Assembly: GCF_001194135.2 (NCBI RefSeq) | Contig: NC_068997.1 | Location: 6,844,120 to 6,908,119, forward strand | From: Octopus bimaculoides | Taxonomy: Eukaryota | Length of the DNA: 64,000 nucleotides | Direction of reading: 5' to 3' | Shown here: positions 40,342 to 51,828 of the stretch, in pieces | Layout: each line of letters begins with the position of its first letter | Position numbering within the stretch: the first letter of the stretch is position 1 | Translations under genes and position numbers: made by a program | The notes under the pieces: generated by a model | Databases searched by the model: none | Seen by the model: only the letters and a program-made list of their open reading frames with translations | Told to the model about the DNA's origin: nothing

Positions 40342-43300
40342 CCCCATTACTCCCTCCCAACACTACCCATCATCCTTACTCTCTTACCATCAGCCATCTT
40401 CCCTGCTATCTAACACTTTCTTTCTCATGTTATTTTCTCCCCTAATATTAATTCTTGACATCCTCCACTCCCCTTTCTCCAATCACACAGCTTCTGCTGT
40501 TCCTATTGAACTTCCTTACCAAAAATCATCACTGTCTTTCTTCTTTTACACTCACCTCTATCATCCACTCTCTCCCATCACTATGGTTCTCTTCCATTAA
40601 GTTCTTCTCTATCGTCCCTTTTGTTTTGGCCCTCTTTCAATACTCTTCTACTTGCCAGGGATGAGATAACCCTTTGGAACGGTGAACAAGCAAATGAAGG
40701 TCGAAAGTAAAGAGGACACTTTAGTCTTGTTGCAATGAATGCAGCCAGTACACAAGATGGTGTCTCGTGAACACAGATAAGTAGGGACGTAAGGTTGAAA
40801 GAACTGTTTAATCTTCCAGGGAACAAAGCAACCTTTCTCTGGCATTATGATAAAATGAACCCAATTCACTCTGTAAAGTAGTTGGCAAATGAACAGAGAC
40901 AACAAAAGACAGAGATGATAACCTCTCTAATAATGGCATTGGCAGTTGACAACAATGAGGCCATGTCTGTAAAAAAGATAGGAAAAGGTTCCAGTTGTAA
41001 AAACAATTACTTCAACAAATAAACTTCCCCCATATTTGAAAGATGTAAAACCTTGTATATAGCTTCTAAACCATATTTAAAACATTAGCATTTCATTTTA
41101 GGATATTTCAAGATTGCTACAACATATTCAGCAAACAGTTTAAAGTAAAATGAAATTGTAACTCACCGCCCAAAAAAACTGTCATGGACAGGATATATAG
41201 AACTGAATGCAAGGTCAATCATTCCTTTCGGCTTTGATCTCTGAAAAGAGAAAGAAATTACAATTCTAAAAGTTACCAAACTATTTATGGCTGAACTGCA
41301 AATTAAAATTAAAAATAGTTCTTTGCAAAATTAAACTGAAATCTGAAACGAGCTTCTTCATTATCAAATCACTTGTAAAGTAATCATAACTGCAGCCAGT
41401 CAATTAAATGCATTTCCTATCATACACTTTTATTCAGACAGTTATTTCTAAACATAATTTGGTCTTTTAGATTCTTCGTTTATTTATTTTTCTTGTAATA
41501 TGATTTTTTTTTTTTTTTCAATTGAACAATTTCAAAACAAAAGCAACAATGAAAAAATACATCATCTACAATGGTAGGAAAATGGAAAACAAGTTACTAA
41601 TGCATAGAGTAACAAATTGGTTAGAATGCTGTTTTGGTGTAGTTCTACTCCTTCATAGAACATGTGATTATAACGCATTCAAATATCCATGCACCCACAT
41701 GAACCAGTGTGCAAAAACAAACACATAAACATGCTTCCAGAGGCAACTAAACTGATAACTTTTCTAAACACTAACAATAAGGTATCATGTACAAGACATA
41801 CAGTATAACAGTTTAATGTTAGAAACAGTAAGAAGAGAACAATAAAAAAAAAATTCAAAATATCCTACCCTTTCATTTTCAAAATAACGCAGCTGCCGTT
41901 CAGTGCCATTCAATATAAAGTACATGTTTTTCCATTTTTTAGTCTTTTGTCCTACAATTAAAAATAATTTTAAAACTGCTTATTTCACTTAAAGGCTCGT
42001 TTTTAATGACATAAAATTATTTTTTTCCATAATCAAATCATGAGTGAAAAACAAACTCACTTCACAATTTTTAGAAACTTAAAACTAACAAGAACTGCAA
42101 TACTTACGTTTCTTAAGATAACCCGTGATATCAATTCTGTCCCATTGTTTTTTAAGTAAGTTAGCCCCAGTACCTCGCTTTAAAGAAGCATATAACTCCT
42201 TGGTTTTGGCAGAATCAAGGCTTGGACCACTTCCGTTGAGCACATCCTGCAAAGCAGAAAATAATCTTTTACCAATTTCTGAATCATGTAAATGCCATGA
42301 ACAAAAAAAAAAAAAAAACATTTGCCACAATAATAATCCTGGAATGTTACAAAACTATTATATATCTTACAATTGTTAAGAGGAGTGCAAAAATGATTGA
42401 CATGCAATTCTGTACATGTCAATATAAAACCGAATAAGGGGAGTGGATAGTGTGATAAGAGTATAGTGTTTGGGTGTTATGCTAATTTTTGAGGTAAGCC
42501 TAACACAACAACCTGGCCCTTTAACAGGGTTCACTCTGTTGCAAGCAGTCAAACTATATCTCAGGTCCATTTCACTGCAAATATTCAGGTTGAGCAAAAG
42601 CAACATACATCTCAACAGGCTGAAATAGACATTAACCTATCTGCAACTACCAACTTCCTTTAGTTTCTTTTAAGTTCCAGAGATCATACATCTAATTTGC
42701 AAAAAATACTGCAGACATAGACAGAGAGGACTCTCCTGAAGCCTAACAACAAATCAGGACTATATCTTGTCACTCTACCATGAAATACGGGTAAATTCAC
42801 CCCATGTGGACCCCTTAGCTTTTAAAGACCCATGCCAAAATTTTATTAATCTTCAAGCGTCTATAGAAGCCATAATCTAGATTGGCTGTTCAACAACATT
42901 TGGTAAAACAGTCAACATCATGATAAAATAATGGAAAATTTTTAAANNNNNNNNNNNNNNNNNNNNNNNNNNNNNNNNNNNNNNNNNNNNNNNNNNNNNN
43001 NNNNNNNNNNNNNNNNNNNNNNNNNNNNNNNNNNNNNNNNNNNNNNNNNNNNNNNNNNNNNNNNNNNNNNNNNNNNNNNNNNNNNNNNNNNNNNNNNNNN
43101 NNNNNNNNNNNNNNNNNNNNNNNNNNNNNNNNNNNNNNNNNNNNNNNNNNNNNNNNNNNNNNNNNNNNNNNNNNNNNNNNNNNNNNNNNNNNNNNNNNNN
43201 NNNNNNNNNNNNNNNNNNNNNNNNNNNNNNNNNNNNNNNNNNNNNNNNNNNNNNNNNNNNNNNNNNNNNNNNNNNNNNNNNNNNNNNNNNNNNNNNNNNN

Positions 43301-46300
43301 NNNNNNNNNNNNNNNNNNNNNNNNNNNNNNNNNNNNNNNNNNNNNNNNNNNNNNNNNNNNNNNNNNNNNNNNNNNNNNNNNNNNNNNNNNNNNNNNNNNN
43401 NNNNNNNNNNNNNNNNNNNATATATATATATATATATATATATAGGGAGAATTCACGAAAAAACAACAGACGGAGACAGGTGGTGTAAACAACAAATATG
43501 CAAAGACTGATATAATAAAATCAGTAAGAATCACTTAACTCCTATTATTCTGAAGAAACCCAGCCATTCGTTCAGCTGTACAAATATCTATAGACCTTAA
43601 TGTCCCTATATGTTCTATCATTTATAAACTACATTTACATTATTTACATTTGACAGATATTTGTCCTCATCTTGTTTGTTGTTAGCACAACATTTTGGCT
43701 GATATACCCTCCAGCCTTCATCAGGTGTCTTGCGGAAATTTCAAACCTGGGTTCTCATTCCTAAGGTATTTTTCGATATTATTATTATTATTGTTATTAT
43801 TCAGGTCACTGCCTGGAATTGAACTCGGAATCTTGGGGTTAGTAGCCTGCACTCTTAACCACTATGCCATATGCCCATCAAATGTAAATAATGTACATAA
43901 TTCCTCATCTCTTAAATATAGAACTGTATTTACAAACCTAGTAAAACTGTATAATTTAATATTGCGTAACTAAAACAAGAATATTTATTATAAGCAAACA
44001 ACTCTAACCTGTCAAAATATCTACCACCAATGAAAAGTTGTCGGCCTTGTTTTTCAATTCTGAACCGAATCACAGTTTTATCATGAAGGAAAAAGAGAGA
44101 ATAATCTCCCGGATAGTGTTCACTTGGACGCACAAGGAAACTACCATTTCCCGCTGGAAGAGAAGCAAAAACAACTTGAAAAATAAGGGGCAGAAAGAAG
44201 AAAACAAAATTATATAAGTTCATGTTACGTCATCATCATAAGAATGTTACAAAGTCACAGGCTTTTTGCCAGAAAGATTACAACTGATTAAATTAACCTA
44301 GTATTTAAGTAGTACTTTATTTAATTAACCCTGGAAAGATGAAAGACAAATTTCACTTCAACAGGATTTGAACTTAGAATATGCAGGTCTACAACTAAAC
44401 AACATAAGGAATTCTTCTAGCCCATCACCCTCGCATAAAAACTAAATATTAACATTGGATGTGACATAAAACAAAGAAATATTTAATTTAGTGAATTGAT
44501 ACACAAGTATAATTAAACTTTAATAAAAAAAACATTCAAAACGAAACAAAAAACAATTTGAAGCCAACACAAAATGATAAAATAACAATTCTAGATACAG
44601 GCTTTGTGGTGGGGAGCTAGTCTCCCAACTACATGGTTCCTGGTTCATTCCCACTGTGTGGCACCTTGGACATGTGTCTTCTGCTATAGCCGTAGGCCAA
44701 CCAAAGACTTGTGAGTGAATTTGGTAGATGGAAACTGAAACAAGCCTGTTGTGTGTGTGTGTGTGTTTGTGTGTGTGTCTTTGTCCCTCACCACTGCTTG
44801 ACAACCAGTGTTGGTTTGTTTATGTTTGTGTAACTTAGCAATTTACCAAAAGAGACCAATGGAATAAGTACCAAGCTTTAAAAAAATAAATTCTGGAGTT
44901 GATTCATTTGACTAAAAATTCAAGGTAGCGCCCCAGCATGGCCACAGACTAACGTCTGAAACAAGTTAAAAATAAACGATAAATCAATGTTCATGCCTTA
45001 CCTTGTCGGAGTTTTTCAACAGCATCTTCTTTGGAAAGGTTCTCATGAAAACACATTGAACTCAAAACATCGTCTGTCTAAAAAAAGTAGAAAATTATAT
45101 GAAATGTGAGATAAGTAATCAAGTGGAAGATGTGTAAAGTGTTAAAATTTTTTATCATCATCATCATCATCATGTAACGTCCATTTTCCATGCTGGTATG
45201 GGTTGGATGGTTCGACTGGGGTTTGGGAAGCCAGGAGGCTGCACCAGGCTCCTGTCTAATTTGGCAGTGTTTCTACAGCTGGATGCCCTTCCTAATGCCA
45301 ACCACTCCGACAGTGTAGTGGGTGCTTTTCACATGCCACTGGCACGGTGGTGTTAAAGTCAGAATGTAGTCCTGTAGTACTCATCTTATCAACTCTCAAT
45401 CGTTAGTGTATTGAATATTGTCATAGATTTATCACATAATGGCTTTTTATAGGATATTACATTAGTATAGAAAAAGAAATATCCCCATGAAAAAATGTAC
45501 CAGGTACATTCTGTAAAGAGGTTAGTGTTAAGAGCACCCAGCTATAGAAACCAAATCAAAATTGAGACATTGACATCAATTTATATAANNNNNNNNNNNN
45601 NNNNNNNNNNNNNNNNNNNNNNNNNNNNNNNNNNNNNNNNNNNNNNNNNNNNNNNNNNNNNNNNNNNNNNNNNNNNNNNNNNNNNNNNNNNNNNNNNNNN
45701 NNNNNNNNNNNNNNNNNNNNNNNNNNNNNNNNNNNNNNNNNNNNNNNNNNNNNNNNNNNNNNNNNNNNNNNNNNNNNNNNNNNNNNNNNNNNNNNNNNNN
45801 NNNNNNNNNNNNNNNNNNNNNNNNNNNNNNNNNNNNNNNNNNNNNNNNNNNNNNNNNNNNNNNNNNNNNNNNNNNNNNNNNNNNNNNNNNNNNNNNNNNN
45901 NNNNNNNNNNNNNNNNNNNNNNNNNNNNNNNNNNNNNNNNNNNNNNNNNNNNNNNNNNNNNNNNNNNNNNNNNNNNNNNNNNNNNNNNNNCTGAAGTCAC
46001 CCAATAGGTCTCGTCAAGTACATCACGAACAATAAAAATTTCTCCTTTTTCAAAACTGAATCCACGAAAAAATAAAAAAAAGAAAGAAAACTCCAATTAT
46101 TTCTTCAATGTTCAAAAACAACAGGAAATAGCAATTAAAGCTATTATGATTTGTAAGAAATTATTATTGTAAACTAGTATCTTATATTAGAAGCTTCTTG
46201 CAATAGAATATAGTTCTCAAGACATTTCTTATCCAATCTGACCAATACAAAAGATGGATAATCTTTCTCTCATCAGAAATTTCAGAGGAAAATTCATATT

Positions 46301-49300
46301 CACTCTACTTTATACATACATACTATATACACATTAACAAGTGACAGTGATTTTGCTGCTTTAAAAAAAATCACATTTGTCAGGCAACCTGACAAAAGTC
46401 ACTAAGCTAAAACTTCAAAGTTACTATCAACCTTTTCCTTGTAAAAATGAAATGCATCATATTTTACATAACGATACTGAGTGATTCTTCAATTAATGCT
46501 TGACTGTTTTATATATATATATATACATGCATAAAATTTTACATAAAAACACACACACAACACTGTTATATTCCATTTCCGTTCATTTCTATTTGGTAAT
46601 AATTCTTTTTCATAATGTTATTAGTTATCAAAGCTTTTCCTCAGACACTTACAAGCTGGGGTCATTAATATTTGTTCCACTCAATTACATTAGTCTGTTC
46701 TTAAAGGCTGCTGTACACATGCTTTTCAATTGACTTTTGATTAAATAACCAAGATGAGTTACTATTAACTTATAATTTTTCAAACTTTCAGTTTAGATAT
46801 AGACGTAATTTTTGTTTCTATTTTCACCGATGTAAATATTAAACAGTTTTGCAACTTCTAAAGATGACAATCATAGTTTGAACAATTCTTATCAGATTCA
46901 CAATGACTCACCTCAGCCATTTCTGCATTTAATTTATTTTCAGTATGGGCCTAAAGTTTAACGTTCATATAAATATTAAAAATATTTTCAGGTCTCCAAA
47001 TGAGGTTAATTGTTTAAAAAATAATGACAATTTCAATAGTCATATTTGTATTTTTTTTCTTCTTCTTTTTTTTTTTTTTCATATTTTCTTGTTTCCCCTC
47101 TTACTGCTTTCTTTTTCATTGTAGATGCCTTGATATGCCATTACACACACACATATATATATATATATATACATATAAAGAGAGAGAGAGATTTCCTTTC
47201 CTCAATACATTGAACATTCATTCTGCCAACCTCACTCCTTCTCTCTTATTCTAGAAACTGGTGGAATGGATGGTAAGACAGGCAGGGCTTTCATTACACT
47301 CTACTTCCTTTCACTAATTTTTTTCTTTTCCTTTCCCTTTCATTTTGTTATTTTGTTATTGATATTTATTTCCTTTTACTCAACAACACAGGCCTCAGCC
47401 TTTCCAACTACTCAATATATGTATACAGATGTGTAGCACAGGAAGTAGATTGAGGTAAAAGTAGAATTTGCAATTAATTTGAAGAAAAAAAAAAAATTTT
47501 AACTGAAAAATAGTGATCTTAACTTCCAATGCACCTCTACAAAATACTAAATTAATGAGGGAGCCTCTGTACAGTTGCAGGATAAGCTAGGAATTGCATA
47601 CACATCTACAAATCTCATCTAACTTACACAAACGATACATTGGATAATCTAATTCTAAATTCATTACGTCTGAAATAAAGACAAGATGGTCAAGACTGGA
47701 ATGCCTTTCATTATAAGCTTGCCAGATCAGAGCTAATCTCAGGGTAAACAACAATACACTGGCAGTGATGTTGGATGCCTTAACATCTATTAATCTGCAA
47801 CATGAGAGAAACAAAACAGCCCTCATATAAACAGTGGCACTTTGCTTAACCCTCATATAAGCAGTGGCACTTTGCTTAACCCTCATATAAGCAGTGGCAC
47901 TTTGCTTTCTGTCAGACTCCTTTTTTTGGTTTATGAAAATTGTATTATGCTCCTTGTTTGGATGCCTTTTCTTTTTTTTTTTTTCACAAGAATTACTTTC
48001 CCCGAATCTAGGATAAAGTATACCAGCAAACAGTAACTGATGTAATTTTCTGTCGACATTAATCATTTCAAAATGTTTGGTACATATTTTATATTTGCTG
48101 TTTCTTAAATATTTTCAGAAGCATTTAAAAGATTTCCATCTAAAGTTCCAATGGTAAAACAAACATGACAGGTACTTACCTGAGCTCATCAGTGTCGGGC
48201 ATACCACTGAATGGGAGGATGGCGATAACTTTCCGACAATCATCTACAGGCTGGAGATAAAATGTGAAGGGTTTAATGAATGCATAAAGTTTTGAAATAA
48301 AGGAAATTGTCTATAAAGCTTTTATGCTAAACCAAAACCGATTCCAAGATATATTACTGTCACAATAGAAATTCAAATATTTTTTCTAGAAATATATTTT
48401 TGACAGGATCAAGATCTTCAAATGTGTGTGTGTGTGTGTGTGTGCGTGTAGAGGGATATAGTTTATATATTTCCTTCGTATTTACATGTGGTTGACAGAT
48501 AGCCTGAAGGTGTGTATAGTGTATGAAGAAAGTTCCCTGAATTGGTACAAATGGTGATAATAATAGATAAACGTAAAGTCTTGCAGTAAAAAGCTAAATG
48601 CTTTCAGGCAATCAGCTACCTAAATATTTTACTTGAGATTTCTAGATACAAAATCAATTTTTATCAAAAAGAAAAAAAAACTTGCCTCTGGTGGTGCTAC
48701 TGGTTCCTGCAGCTGTTCCCCTTTCAACAAATATGAACACCTAGTATAATAGCCTATAAGCAGAGATAAACTGTCAAACTGACGGCCACCAATATAATAG
48801 TCACCACATAAGTATGAGATCCTAAAAGAAAACACAAATAATTACAAATAAATACAAAAAAAAAACAGGAATGAGAAACAAATAAAATACAATTCTCTTG
48901 TTTCAATACAAAAATAGTTTCAATCTTACCGGAAATGGTTTAATCCAGTTTTGCCAAAATATGATAAGACATAAGATCCTGGTTTACTTTGGCTCTCCCG
49001 TACCAAATAAGATCCAACCAATCCAGCTTTCCGCAACCTTTCCTCTGCAGTTCGACGATCCAAAGAGCCATGGTACCATCTAAATAATTAGAAAAATCAC
49101 CAATAATAATATACTTCATTACAACATTTCAAGTTGTAGGTTGTTGAAGATATAATAAATATCTTCAACAACCTACAAATATAGTTAAACTGTAAGTTTT
49201 GGGGAGTTTTTTTCCCCTTTTAGAATTAATATCAACAGAATGAAATTCTAACTAAAAGTAAGAGATAACATTTATGACATTTTTCACAAAAACCGAATTC

Positions 49301-49613
49301 AGCATCCTATTTCTTTCAACCTTATATTAAATATGTTAGCATAGTTGTAGAAGAGGCTTGAGGAAATTTTGTTACATTCAGGTCTCTCGACTTTCACTTG
49401 AAGCACACTTTTAGCAGAACTTATTTCAGTTCTTAATATCCAAACTTTTCAAACAAATTCTATCGCTTCAATATTCTTTGTTGAAAACAGAATAAACAAA
49501 GGGTAATAATTTGTCAGTTTTAATAAATTATTTGAGCAATTTCTATATGCATCACTTATTCTAACGGTTTCTCTCTGAAGAAATGAGTCAATTTTAGCTT
49601 CCTTAGATAAATA

Positions 49614-49660
<47 letters not shown>

Positions 49661-50668
49661 GCAGTGTTGCATTGCTAAAGACTAACTTCTTTGAATATGC
49701 TTGTGCTACATTTCTAACAATAACGTCTGTTAATTCTTCTCTAAGCCTTCCTTTTAACTTCAATTTAACTTTGTGAGCTAAAAACAAAGTTATTTTTGTA
49801 TGCCTGAATGTGAACAAGACAGCAAGCTAGTGATGTCAACTGCCTCATTCACACAATTTTTTAACTAAATCCTAATTAATTGATTTAACCCTTCTGTTAT
49901 AATCCCAAGTTATACTCATTAGAAAATAATTAATAAAAACTACAATATCTTATTTAAACATTAATAACTTGGGATGCTCTTAGAACCATTTTCTTTGATG
50001 TTCCCATCATCACTCATTAAAATGTGACTTTAAATTTTCTCTATATCTCTATTTGACCTTACATACATTACAAAATGCTGATATGAAAAAAATGATATTT
50101 TTATACACATTTTCAAGAAATAAAGATAAAGAGTTAAAATTTGTGCTGACCTATTTCTATTGAAATAAGCAAACTCAAATCAAATCTAATTTTTAACTGC
50201 CTGACCATATTGCATAAGGAATTTCATGCCGATGCTTAAGGAATTATGGGTCTTCATATGGTTGCTCTAGCTGTTCTTAATAGCAGCCAAATTTGCATCA
50301 GGGCACTCCCTACTATTCTATAAAAAGGAAGGATATATTAAACAATTTACTTCTGGTAAACAAAATGGCAAGATGAACACAACTGAAACAAGTTTGATCA
50401 TAAGATTGCTCGGTGGCAGCAGTCGTTAGGAATTTAAAAACCACCAGAGTATCAATAATAATAATAATATTTCATAGTTAGAGAAAATATCATCATCATC
50501 ATCATCATACACAGTATGTTCAGAAATTCTTGACACTAATTTTTAACAATATCAATTTCAAATTTTGAGTCACCATGTAAATCACCAAGCACTAATTAGG
50601 CCGTTTAGGTAATTTATCTAATAGCTCTTTTGAAAAATGTGTGTCAGTGTGTACATACGTATGTATGT

Positions 50669-50713
<45 letters not shown>

Positions 50714-51791
50714 TATGTATACATACATACATACACACATACATACAAACACACATACATACATACATGCATACACACATACATACATGCATACACACAT
50801 ACAAACATCCATCCATAGATTGCATGTACTGTTTGCTGGTCTATTAAATTAAACATCCAGCAACACTGATGATATGCAACTTCAACTGGTGCACTTACTA
50901 TTCAGTTTATATAATATTAAATAAGTGTTTATTTTTAATTTTTTATCAAGAGCAACAACTAAAACATTATTCTCCACTGTGTTTATCCTTAAGCCATAAC
51001 TGATCAAATTTCTCACTAATTTCTTTTATGAGAAATTCTCTTACACAGAACCTCTTCTTTGCCTGCCAGTTTATAGCATGTGACTCAAATATATTGTCTA
51101 GATGAGCAAAAAGATAAAGTGCAATAGTTTGTATGTCTTGAAATCAAGGAATATGACACTAGTGGTCTCACATACTGATACAAAACCAAATTGTGTATTG
51201 TTTAACATAATATGTCTTTGTACTAACTCATCAAGCACACTCTAATTCCTTCATCTGTCCTCAATAGACATATCTCCCGCAACCCTTACCGTCAGACAGT
51301 ACATGCTTCTGTTTACATATCTGGAATTATACGACTAATACTGAGAGTAATTTCCTCATTACACTTCATATAAATATAGAACAGCAGTTTTGAAGGAAAC
51401 GTTTTCATTCTATTCACACAAACATCATCACTTCTTAAGCAGCTTACACTCATTTCACCATGGAACCATGGTATTTAGATGAAGTGTTGGAACAAGTATG
51501 TGTTTTTTTTTGTTTTTTTTTAACCAAACTATCTTAATTACCCAACCATGATCAGCTTAAAAATTAGGAACCAATTCAAATGAAATGATTGTCAACACAT
51601 TACAGATAGGTTCTTGACCAAAAAAATATACATAAATTATTAGGCACAGAAATTATTCAAAGAAAAGGAAAAACTTTAGTAAATTCTTAGTTGAGGAAAA
51701 ATAATTATTAATTGTAAAACTATCAATTATTATCTTGATCCTTACAATGTCATCAAATATTCAAGGAATTCAAGACTTTCCATATCAACCC

Positions 51792-51828
<37 letters not shown>

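Noticed and set aside
43805-43876. Possible tRNA gene
   Set aside because: Has A and B boxes, but I could not build a full cloverleaf; it is followed by (AAT)n and repeat sequence, so it is better explained as a SINE head.
47821-47907. CRISPR-like 30-bp repeats (also the motif arrays at 32610 and 35170)
   Set aside because: Tandem without unique regular spacers, eukaryotic intron, no cas genes.
49902-49975. 12-bp inverted repeat atcccaagttat / ataacttgggat
   Set aside because: Short arms with a 50-nt unpaired spacer; likely a MITE scar or chance.
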